This document shows positions 31,369 to 40,596 of a stretch of 64,000 nucleotides of DNA, piece after piece. A model generated the notes under the pieces. That model saw only the letters and a list, made by a program, of their open reading frames with translations, was not told where the DNA came from and searched no databases. Numbering within the stretch: position 1 is the stretch's first letter; every line of letters starts with the position of its first letter. Source of the DNA: an uncultured bacterium (GTDB lineage: Bacteria; Patescibacteriota; Saccharimonadia; UBA4664). Both the position numbers and the translations under genes were made by a program. Where the stretch lies: assembly GCA_963740635.1 (NCBI GenBank), contig CAVUEQ010000001.1:209026-273025 (forward strand), given 5' to 3'.

Positions 31369-32186
31369 CCGATTTATTGACGTATTTGGGCCAGCCGTTC
31401 GCGCAGAACGCGTTGCTGGGCGCGACATTGGTGGCGGTGGCGTGCGGGTTGATCGGGCCGTTTGTGATTATGCGCAGCATGGCGTTCGCGGTGCATGGCA
31501 CCAGCGAGCTGGCGTTTACGGGTGCGGCGGCCGGATTGCTGGTGGGCGGCAACCCTCTGGCTGGTGCGCTGGCGGGTTCGGTGATCGTGGCGGGGGTGAT
31601 TGGCGCGCTGGGGGTGCGGGAGCGAGAGCGCGATTCGGCGATTGGCGTGGTGCTGGCGTTTGGGCTGGGCGTGGGTGTGTTGTTGCTGAGCTTTTACCAC
31701 GGCTTCGCCACCCAGGCGACCAACATATTATTTGGCAATATTTTTGGGGTGAGCCCGGGACAGCTGGTGGTTTTGGTGGCGATTTGCGTGGGGGTAATGC
31801 TGGCCATGAGCATCATTTACCGCCCGTTGCTGTTCGCGTCGATTGATGCTGAGGTGGCCGCGGCTAAGGGTGTGCCGGTGCGGGCGCTGGGCCTGGTGTT
31901 TTTGCTGGTACTGGCGCTGACGGTGACCGCCGCCGCGCAGGTTGTGGGGACGCTTCTGGTGCTGAGCCTGGCGATCACGCCGGCGGCTAGTGCTCTGCGC
32001 CTCACTGCCCGCCCGGGGGTGGTGCTGGCGACGTCGGTGATGTTCGCGGTGGCAGCCAGCGCCGGCGGGGTGCTCCTGAGCCTGGCCAGCGGCAACGTGA
32101 AGCCGAGCGTGTTCGTAACCTTCATCAGCTTTGGTATTTACGTGGTGTGCCGGGTATTGGGCCGGTGGCAGCGGAGTGGAGCATGA
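31365..32186 (+). CDS. znuB: Metal ABC transporter permease
   Basis: The ATG at 31365 overlaps the znuC stop (ATGA). It is a polytopic ABC-3 family permease ('FAQNALLGATLVAVACGLIGPFVIMRSMAF'). Confidence 0.9.
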   Translation: MTDLLTYLGQPFAQNALLGATLVAVACGLIGPFVIMRSMAFAVHGTSELAFTGAAAGLLVGGNPLAGALAGSVIVAGVIGALGVRERERDSAIGVVLAFGLGVGVLLLSFYHGFATQATNILFGNIFGVSPGQLVVLVAICVGVMLAMSIIYRPLLFASIDAEVAAAKGVPVRALGLVFLLVLALTVTAAAQVVGTLLVLSLAITPAASALRLTARPGVVLATSVMFAVAASAGGVLLSLASGNVKPSVFVTFISFGIYVVCRVLGRWQRSGA

Positions 32187-32557
32187 TTCATGTAACCGAC
32201 GAGGAATTCTACGACATGGTGCAAGAGGCGGTGAAGCAAATCCCGCCCCGGTTTGCCGACCATCTGGACAACGTGGCCTTCATGGTGGCCGACGTGCCGA
32301 CGCCGGAGCAGCAGCGCAAGAGTGGGAGGCTGCATGGCCGCACTCTGCTTTTGGGGTTGTACGAGGGCATTCCCCTGCCCGCTCGCAACAGCGGCTATTC
32401 GGGTGTGCTGCCGGATGTGATCACGGTGTTTAAGCGCGCCCACGAATTGACCTCCCGCGACGAGGCCGATTTGCGCAAGGCTGTACACGAGACGGTATGG
32501 CACGAGGTGGCCCATTATTTCGGCCTCGACCACGGCCAAATCCGGGCGTTGAGCTAA
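32183..32557 (+). CDS. Minimal zincin metallopeptidase (Zincin_1 / DUF1025-like)
   Basis: 'VAFMVADVPTPEQ...LLGLYEGIPLPAR...VWHEVAHYFGLDHGQI' contains the HExxH motif. The ATG at 32183 overlaps the znuB stop (ATGA). Confidence 0.8.
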   Translation: MIHVTDEEFYDMVQEAVKQIPPRFADHLDNVAFMVADVPTPEQQRKSGRLHGRTLLLGLYEGIPLPARNSGYSGVLPDVITVFKRAHELTSRDEADLRKAVHETVWHEVAHYFGLDHGQIRALS

Positions 32558-32718
32558 TTCCAGTTAGATGAACACTACCTGAGTGCTCAAACGTTGAACT
32601 TGAGCGTTCGGGTGGTGCCCTCTGGCGATAACCACATCCCAGGTGGGGATGCAGAAGCGCCAGAGGTCGTCGTTGCCTCCAATCTGGGAGTATGCCCGTG
32701 TCGACGAAAGGGCGGGGG

Positions 32719-33402
32719 TTAGCTGACTGGTGGTGTCTCAGGTGGCGCTGCGAACAAGTCGGGCCGGGTCTCGAACAGCCGGATCACTTCGACCAGGAGT
32801 TGCTGTAGGATGGGGGCCGGTGGACGGTCCTTCATCTTGCTCAGCAGCGTCTCCGCGATGGCTTCGTGCGTCTGGCCGAGCTCTTGCCAGCTCTTGCCTT
32901 CGGATTGGTAGATCACGACTACGGCGAGGACTTTGTCGAGCTGGTTGATGAACCACGCCTCCTCGTTTTCCAGGCTTTCGTATTCCTCGATCCAGGCGGC
33001 AAGCTCAGGAAACTCGGGAAACTCATCCCGAATGAGCTTGAGCGCCTCGGCTTCTCGAGCCTCCTTTTCGCTCTTGGGAGTTCCATCGCCCCAGAAGGGA
33101 TCGCCGGCATGCACCTCCACAAAGTCGTGAAATAGCGCGTATATTACCAGCTTGAACCGGTCATACGCCTCGAACTCTTCGGGGTAGGCCGAAACGAGGT
33201 AAAGCGCGATCACTGCGAGTTGATAGCTGTGCTCGACGTCGTTTTCATAGTGGTCCCTACCCGGGACCGAGGAGTGCCTGATAACTCGCTGGAACCGTTG
33301 CATGAGTTCGACGAATGCCAGGAACTTGGTGATATCGAGGTCCAGCGAATCATTGAGAAACGCGGACAGCACGGTCATGGAAACGATCGGCTTGCCGTTC
33401 AT
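32719..33402 (-). CDS. HD-domain phosphohydrolase (YfbR-like 5'-nucleotidase fold)
   Basis: 'NDVEHSYQLAVIALYL' and 'ALFHDFVEVHAGD' provide the H...HD...D metal ligands. GAGGAA lies 5 nt before the ATG. Confidence 0.75.
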   Translation of the reverse strand: MNGKPIVSMTVLSAFLNDSLDLDITKFLAFVELMQRFQRVIRHSSVPGRDHYENDVEHSYQLAVIALYLVSAYPEEFEAYDRFKLVIYALFHDFVEVHAGDPFWGDGTPKSEKEAREAEALKLIRDEFPEFPELAAWIEEYESLENEEAWFINQLDKVLAVVVIYQSEGKSWQELGQTHEAIAETLLSKMKDRPPAPILQQLLVEVIRLFETRPDLFAAPPETPPVS

Positions 33403-33499
33403 GGACGTTCCTCATTTCTTGAGGGTCGAATTTGGGGTCAGCCAGAATTTATTATAGAATAATTCTTATGATCGGTCAACCTGAAATAACGTATCGGAT

Positions 33500-36400
33500 T
33501 TAGGGTTTGTCCGACTGAACGTACTGCTGCCAGGACTTGATAGGCACTTCGCCGAATTTGACCTCGCCGAGGGCGCGGAGCAGCACGACGCCGATTTCGG
33601 CGTTGGTGACGAGCGGGATGTGGTTGTCGATGGCCAGGCGGCGGACCTCGGCGGCGTCGGCGTCGTCGTCGGTGCTCGACGGCACGTTGATCATGAGGGT
33701 GAGGTGGGCCGAGGTGATGGCGGTGTGGACCGTGGGTTCTTTGTCATCGCGGAGTTTGTTGAGCGGGGTCGACGGAATGCCGTGCTGCTTGAGGTAAAGG
33801 TGGGTGCCTATGGTGGAGAAAATTTTCCAGCCTTCTTCGTGGAGCCGGACAGCTGCCTCGGTGATCTTGGGTTTCTGGTCGTCGGGTACGGAAATGTAGA
33901 TGTGCTTGCCGTTTAATGGCTGGTCCGTGGACAGCCACGAGGCGTAGAAGGCTTCGAGGAGGTTGCGGCCGATGCTGGCGACTTCGCCGGTACTGGCCAT
34001 TTCGACGCCCGCGACCGGGTCGGCGCCTTTGAGACGATTGTACGAGAATTGCGGGCTCTTGACGCCGACGTAGTCAAGCTCGAGGGTGTTGTATGACTCA
34101 GGCTCGTAGGTGCCGAGCATTACCTGCGTGGCGATGGTGATGAAATTGTGGCCGGTAACTTTCGACACGAACGGGAAGCTGCGGCTGGCACGGACGTTGG
34201 TTTCGATGACGCCGAGGTCATTATCTTTGGCGATGAATTGGATGTTGAACGGGCCGGTGACGCCGAGGGCCTGGATAATTTCGGCCGTGATTTTCTTGGC
34301 CCGCCGGATGGTTTCCAGATACAGGCGCTGGGGCGGGAGCACGACGGTGGCGTCGCCCGAGTGGATGCCGGCGTTTTCGATGTGCTCGGAGATGGCCGAT
34401 ATCACGATGCGGCCGTGGTCGGCTACACCGTCGATCTCGAGCTCTTTGGCGCCCTCGATGAAGCGCGAAATGACTACCGGGTGGTCGGGCGAGAGTTTGG
34501 TGGCGCGGGCAAGGTAGCCCGCCAGCTCTTCGGGCGTGGTGACCACGCTCATGGCGCCGCCCGAGAGCACGTAGCTGGGGCGGATGAGCACCGGGTAGCC
34601 GGCCTTGGTGGCGAAGGCCTTGGCGCGGGCCAGCGTGGTGACCTCCTGCCACTCGGGTTGGTCGATGCCGAGCTGGTTAAGGAGTGCCGAGAAGTGGCGG
34701 CGGTTTTCGGCCTGGTCGATACTTGCGGCGGGGGTGCCGAGGATGTGGTAGCCGGCATTGGCGAGCGGTACGGCCAGGTTGTTGGCGATTTGGCCGCCCA
34801 CCGAGATCACGATGTCGGCGGGGGCTTCGAAGTCGGCGATGTCCTGCATGCGCTCGAGGGTGAGCTCTTCGAAGTAGAGGCGGTCGGAGCGGTTGAAGTC
34901 GGTGGAGACGGTTTCGGGGTTGGAGTTGACGATGATGGTGCGGTGGCCGCTGCGGCGCAGGGTGCCGGCCACGCCCACGGCGCACCAGTCGAACTCCACG
35001 GAGCTGCCGATGCAGTACGGGCCGGAGCCGAGCACGATGACCGGATTGGCCCCTGCCTTCTCATGGCCCAGCGGCTGCACGTCGTGGTCGGTGCCGTGGT
35101 AGGTGGTGTAGAGGTAATTCGTGGCGGCGTCGAACTCGCCCGCGAGGGTGTCGATGAGCTTAACGACCGGCTTTACGCCGAGCTTCAGGCGGAGGGTGCG
35201 GACTGCGGCCTCGGTGGAGCCGGTGATTTTAGCGATGGTTTTGTCGGCGAAGCCGTTTTGCTTGGCGCGGCGCAAGAGGCTGGTGTCGAGTTTGGACGTG
35301 CCTAGTTCGGCTTCTATACCGGCGATGCGGCCGAGTTGGTCCAAAAACCAGGGGTCGATACCAGTGAGGTCATGGGCCTTGGCGGTGTCGCCGGCCGCTC
35401 GCAAGTAATCGTACAGGGCATACAGGCGGTGGTCGGTGGCAGAGGCGATTTCGGCTTCAGGATCGGCAAATTCGTACGGATGGTCGCTGAGGCCGGAGGC
35501 GCCGGTGTTGGTCATGCGGACGGCTTTTTGGATGGCTTCGGTGAATGAGCGGCCGAGAGCCATCACCTCCCCCACGCTCTTCATCTCCGAGCCGATGCTG
35601 CGGTCCGACGCCCCGAGTTTGGTGAGGTCCCAGCGCGGCATTTTGACGGCCAGGTAGTCGAGGGCAGGTTCGTAAAACGCGCTGGTGCTGCCGGTGACGG
35701 CGTTTTTGAGTTCGATTAGCGAGTAGCCGAGCATGAGTTTGGCGGCCACGAAGGCCAGCGGGTAACCAGTGGCCTTGCTGGCCAGGGCGCTGGAGCGGCT
35801 GAGGCGGGCGTTGACCTCGATTACGCGGTACTCGGACGTGGCGGGGTTGAGCGCGTACTGGATATTGCATTCCCCGACTATGCCGAGGTGCTTGATGGTT
35901 TTGATGGCGACCTCGCGCAGGCCGTGGTATTCGGCATTGGTGAGGGTCTGGCTGGGGGCTACTACGATCGACTCGCCGGTGTGGATGCCCATGGGGTCGA
36001 AGTTTTCCATGTTGCAGACGGTGATGGTGTTGCCGAGGCGGTCGCGCACCACTTCGTATTCAATTTCTTTCCAGCCGCCGAGGTATTCTTCGATGAGGAT
36101 TTGGCTGGTGGCTTGGAAGGCCTCCGCGGTTCGGCGGGCGAGTTCTCCGGCGAGGTGACCCGCCCGGATCCCAGACCGCCCAGGGCGAAGCCAGCGCGCA
36201 TCATCACCGGGTAGCCGATGGCTTCGGCTGCCGTGAGCGCCTCCTTGACGTTGTAGGCGGTGAGGCTGCGGGCCGTGTGGACGCTGATTTCGGCCAGCGC
36301 TTGCTTGAACTGCTCCCGGTCTTCGGTGATTTCGACGGCGGTGATGGGCGTACCGAGGATCCGCACCCCGTACTTTTTGAGTACGCCGCTGTGGTGGAGG

Positions 36401-36714
36401 CTCAAACCTAGGTTGAGGGCGGTTTGGCCGCCGAAACTCAGGGTGATGGCGTCGGGCCGTTCAGTGGCGATGATGCGCGTCACGACCTCTTTAGTGAGCG
36501 GCTGGAAGTAAACCGTGTCGGCGACGTCGCCGTCGGTCTGGACGGTGGCGATATTGGGGTTAATGAGGACCGTTTTAATCCCCTCTTCACGCAGGGCCAT
36601 GATGGCTTGCGAGCCGGAATAATCGAATTCCCCCGCCTGGCCGATTTTTAGCCCTCCAGAGCCAAGAATGAGCACCTTTATGGGCAAATCGCGCTGGGTC
36701 ACATGTGAGCTCAT
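33500..36714 (-). pseudogene. carB: Carbamoyl-phosphate synthase large subunit, interrupted by a frameshift near 36163-36166
   Basis: The N-terminal ORF (36714->) reads '[22 protein letters not shown]...[12 protein letters not shown]' and then leaves frame. The -1 frame continues '[65 protein letters not shown]...' to 33500. The total of 3215 nt is one base short of an intact ~1071-codon carB. Confidence 0.9.
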
Positions 36715-37825
36715 AGCTTCCTCGCGAATTCGCTAAACAGCCAGGCGGTGTCGGTGGGGCCGGGCGCGGCTTCGGGGTGGAATTGCACGGCGAAGAACGG
36801 CAAGGTGTGGTGCGCGATGCCCTCGACCGAATCGTCGTTGAGGTTGCGGAAGGTTACCTGCCAGTCGCGTGGGAGGGAGCCGGCGTCGACGGCGTAGCCG
36901 TGGTTTTGGCTGGTGATGTAGCCCTGCCCCTCCGTGGCCAAGACGGACAGGCGGCGGTTGGCAATTACGGGCTGGTTGTGGCCGCGGTGGCCGAATTTGA
37001 GCTTGTAGGTGCGGCCGCCCGCGGCCAGCGCCATGAGCTGCGTGCCGAGGCAAATGCCAAATACCGGCTTGTGGCCGCGTATGGCCCGCCGCAACACCGC
37101 GATGGTGGCGGGATAATCGGTGGGGTCGCCGGGGCCGTTGGAGACGAACACGCCGTCATACGCCTCGCCGGTGTAATCGTAATCGTGGGGCACGCGCTTG
37201 ACCGTGAGGCCGAGCGCCACCAGGTGCCGGATGATGTTTTGCTTCATCCCGCAATCGACCGCGATGATGGTCTTGGGTTGGCCCGGGTTAATAATTTCCG
37301 GCTCGGTCACCAAGACTTGACGGGTGCCGGGAGTTTGAGATCCGGGTGGGGGCCGGTCGCGATGGCGCCGGGCATTACACCCCGGGTGCGCAGGTATTTA
37401 GTGAGGGCGCGGGTATCGACGCCGGTGATCACGGGCACGCCCTGCTCGCGCAGCCACTCGCCGAGCGACTGATGGCTGCCGGCGTGGCTCCATTGTTCGG
37501 TCAGTTCGCTCACCACGACGCCGCGCAGGTGGATCTTTGCGCTCTCCCAGGTTTCCGGGCCGGGTACGCCGTAATTGCCCAGGAGCGGGTACGTAAAGAC
37601 GAGAATCTGGCCGGCATATGAGGGGTCGGTGAGGGTTTCGACATAACCGGTCATGCCGGTGTTGAAAACCACCTCTGCCGCCAGGCTGTCGGACTGGCCT
37701 TTGGGAATGCGGCCGGCGAAGCTCGCGCCACCCTTGAGAACCAGGCGTCCGGGCACAAAAAAATCGCCCCCATCGGGACGACCGCTTGCGTTTGAGTTTC
37801 GAATTGTCTGTGCCGGCTTATTCAC
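36711..37825 (-). pseudogene. carA: Carbamoyl-phosphate synthase small subunit, split or frameshifted at 37307-37316
   Basis: The N-terminal domain ORF ('EVVFNTGMTGYVETLTDPSY...') ends 'PAPVKSW*' at 37307. The GATase domain ('TIIAVDCGMKQNIIRHL...VFGICLGTQL...FQFHPEA-type') continues in the -1 frame from 'LVTEPEII'. GTG/TTG codons overlap the stop (TTGGTGA). Confidence 0.85.
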
Positions 37826-38302
37826 ACTTTATGAAGGTTACCAAATCAAGCGGCATCTGGCAAGTCCGAACGGTACGAGGGCCCTGCTGGGCCGGCATGT
37901 ATCCGCATTTTTATATCACATATGGTATCCCCGGGAACCCATATAAGGTATAAAAAACGGCATACACCGTTGAGAGGTGTTGCCGGAAATGATAAACCGG
38001 ACATTTCCTTTAAAAGAAATATCTCCCATCTACCCACCGCCGTAAAAAGACAAGCGTTTTACCCACTATTTGTTACTAGGAAATTTGGACGTCCAAAAAG
38101 CTAGATATTAACACCAGATTTATGAGAATAATTAAATATTATTAAGCATAAGCGGAATAGGCTAATACTTGTGCTTAATCACAAGTACTCCGGCATAGCA
38201 AAAGCGTAATTTTTGTGAGAATCCCCTAAGCGCAGTGCTTTATTTTGCTGTAGCGTACCCGTTTGTGTGGAAAGATTGTGCCTTTAATGAGGGAAGTAAT
38301 GC

Positions 38303-38947
38303 ATGCATATCAGTTTGTTTTCGGCCCTAACCGGTTTGGGGCTGGCCCTGTCTCTGTTTGGTTCTCCGTCCGCTCAAACGTCCTCTAAAACGCCGCAACC
38401 CACCGCGAAGGTTGTAACAGTGGCAGCGGTGAAGCCGGCCGGTCCCCCGCCTCCGAAGACGCATGTGGTGGCCGAGGGCGATAGTTTGTCATCGATCGCC
38501 GATGCCGAGAAGCTCGGGAGCTGGCGGCCGCTGTGGAATGCCAACCCCGACCTGCAAAACCCGGACCTGGTGTATGCCGGCCAAAAGCTGGTTGTACCGG
38601 CCGGCCCCACGACCGACCGTCCACTGCCCGAGGGCGTAGCGGTGCAGCCGGTGGCAGCTACGGCAGCGCCCGTGATACACACTGTGAATCACCCGGCGGC
38701 TCCGGCAAACTACTCGGCCGGTGCCGGCGGTGTCCTGGCCCGCATCCGGGCGCGCGAGTCGGGCGGCAACTACGCCACCAACACCGGCAACGGCTACTAC
38801 GGCGCCTACCAGTTTAGCCTGGGCACCTGGCAGGGCGTGGGTGGTACGGGATTGCCCTCGAACGCCTCCCCCGCCGAGCAGGACATGCGGGCGCAGATGC
38901 TCTTCGACCGCCGCGGCTGCAGCCCCTGGCCGAACACTTGCTACTAG
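38303..38947 (+). CDS. LysM plus Rpf-like transglycosylase-domain secreted protein
   Basis: It has a signal peptide and a LysM domain 'HVVAEGDSLSSIADAEKLGSWRPLWNANPDLQNPDLVYAGQKLVVP'. The C-terminal 'RESGGNYATNTGNGYYGAYQFSLGTWQGVGG...ASPAEQDMRAQMLF...CSPWP' is present. GAGGGAAG precedes the ATG. Confidence 0.8.
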   Translation: MHISLFSALTGLGLALSLFGSPSAQTSSKTPQPTAKVVTVAAVKPAGPPPPKTHVVAEGDSLSSIADAEKLGSWRPLWNANPDLQNPDLVYAGQKLVVPAGPTTDRPLPEGVAVQPVAATAAPVIHTVNHPAAPANYSAGAGGVLARIRARESGGNYATNTGNGYYGAYQFSLGTWQGVGGTGLPSNASPAEQDMRAQMLFDRRGCSPWPNTCY

Positions 38948-39750
38948 CGAACTTGTGGAAGGTCGACTAATTCGATGCTGATCTTCTGGCGGTACAGCCT
39001 TTCGGCCATCACTTGGGCTTGGTCGGTAATATCAGTGACCAAGTATTGTCCAGTGCCGTTCTTTGACAGCTTGTCCTCGATCTCTGGGTGGCGCTTGAGG
39101 TAATCGCGGAATTTATCCGGAATGATCTCATCCTGACAAATGACGGTTGTCCCATCGCCCACCTGACTGCGGATCATTTGCTTCATGTAGGGGTAATGCG
39201 TGCAGCCGAGTATCAGGGTGTCCACTCCGGACAATGTTTGCAAATACTCGTTCAGGATCGGAGGGGCCCATTTGAGGCCGTCGTTCTCGAGAAGCGGTAC
39301 AAGTAGCGGTGCGGGTTGTGCCGCGATCTGGGCGTCGGGACGGAGCTTGAGAATCTCGCGTTCAAATGCGCCGGAGTTGATGGTGCTCATGGTGGCCAGA
39401 ATGCCGATGTGTCCTGATTTGGTAGCGGCCACAGCTGCCTCGGCGGCAGGAATTAGCACGCCTAGCACCCGGCGGTCCGGGTAACGCTTGGGCAGGTATT
39501 CGCGCTGGATTTTGCGGAGAGCCTCGGCCGACGCAGTGTTGCACGCTACTATTATTAGAGCGCAGTCTTGCCGGAACAAATATTCAATCGCGTCACGGGT
39601 AAACTCGTATATGATCGCTTGTGACCGGTTACCGTATGGGACTCGGGCGGTGTCCCCGAGATATATAAAATCGTATTCGGGTAGTGCGGACGTAAGGCTA
39701 TGGGTGATGAGTAAGCCGCCAAGGCCGGAATCAAAGATACCAATTTTCAT
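38944..39750 (-). CDS. murI: Glutamate racemase
   Basis: 'MKIGIFDSGLGGLLI...IYLGDTARVPYGNRS...ALIIVACNTAS...LILGCTHYP' is present. The ATG at 39750 lies 7 nt after TGGCATAAT. The longer track ORF upstream is an artefact. Confidence 0.9.
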   Translation of the reverse strand: MKIGIFDSGLGGLLITHSLTSALPEYDFIYLGDTARVPYGNRSQAIIYEFTRDAIEYLFRQDCALIIVACNTASAEALRKIQREYLPKRYPDRRVLGVLIPAAEAAVAATKSGHIGILATMSTINSGAFEREILKLRPDAQIAAQPAPLLVPLLENDGLKWAPPILNEYLQTLSGVDTLILGCTHYPYMKQMIRSQVGDGTTVICQDEIIPDKFRDYLKRHPEIEDKLSKNGTGQYLVTDITDQAQVMAERLYRQKISIELVDLPQVR

Positions 39751-39807
39751 ACAATGTATTATGCCATTTTTTGACGAGGGTGTGGAGACATGGCAAAATA
39801 ACATCGA

Positions 39808-40563
39808 ATGGACGTAGAACTGCACAATTTGCGGGTGGTGGCGGTGGACGGCGGCACGGCGACCGGCAAAGGCCGGTTGATTGATGAATTGGCGCAGCTG
39901 TTGCGCAGTAAAGGGGTGCCGGTGATCCATATTTCGACCGGATCGATTTACCGGGCGGTGGCGCTGGCGGGGCTGGATGAGGCGGCCGAGCAGGTGGTGG
40001 GCCGGGCTGGCATGACGCCGGAAGAGGTTGTGAGGCAGTCGCTGGAAGTATTGCGGGGCATGGAGGCGCACGACTTGCTACGGCTGGCTGTTGAACGTCA
40101 GATCGAGATGCACGGAGGCCAGGTATGGATCGACGGCGTGGCGGCCACCGACGAGCAGCTCAAGGGTCCCGGCGTGGGTACAGGGGCCTCGATCGTGGGG
40201 CTACTGCCGGACGTGCGGCAGTGGGAGCGCGGGATTGTGCGCCGGCAGATTAATGAGTTTGACGGCTATGCATTGATCGACGGCCGCGATATCACTCATG
40301 TGACCGTGCCGGAGGCGCCGTTGAAATTGCTGCTGACGGTGTCGCCGGAGGTGGCGGCGCAGCGGTCCCGGGAGCACACGATCGAAGAGATTAAGGCCCG
40401 CGACGAGCGCGACCGTAGCCGCCAGCATAGTCCGCTGAAGCACCCGGACGACCCCGGTGCGGGCGTGAAGGTGCTGCCCACCAACGAGCACACGCCCGAA
40501 TCGGTGCGCGACCATGTGTATGGGCTGATGCGCGGGGTGTTCCCTGAGCTGCCCGACCTGTAG
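39808..40563 (+). CDS. cmk: Cytidylate kinase (divergent)
   Basis: It has the P-loop 'VAVDGGTATGKGRL' and 'STGSIYRAVAL'. The promoter TTGACG-17-CAAAAT ends 8 nt before the ATG. Confidence 0.7.
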   Translation: MDVELHNLRVVAVDGGTATGKGRLIDELAQLLRSKGVPVIHISTGSIYRAVALAGLDEAAEQVVGRAGMTPEEVVRQSLEVLRGMEAHDLLRLAVERQIEMHGGQVWIDGVAATDEQLKGPGVGTGASIVGLLPDVRQWERGIVRRQINEFDGYALIDGRDITHVTVPEAPLKLLLTVSPEVAAQRSREHTIEEIKARDERDRSRQHSPLKHPDDPGAGVKVLPTNEHTPESVRDHVYGLMRGVFPELPDL

Positions 40564-40596
40564 ATAACCCTCTGTTCGGTTTTTGTATGTTGGGTT

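Noticed and set aside
36150-37320. Programmed ribosomal frameshifting as the explanation for the carB, carA and gltX interruptions.
   Set aside because: I saw no slippery heptamer or downstream stimulatory structure at the sites. Each is explained by one missing base in a short homopolymer. Sequencing error or mutational decay is the simpler reading.
37826-38302. Possible riboswitch (c-di-AMP ydaO type) or PyrR attenuator in the 480-bp AT-rich gap between carA and the LysM/Rpf-like gene.
   Set aside because: None of the conserved ydaO blocks could be found (GGGGA...CCC, ACCCGAA...CAGCUAACC). The only PyrR-like string (GUUGAGAGGUG, about 37968-37978) is on the wrong strand for carA. Only generic hairpins are present (37958-37985 and 38166-38194).
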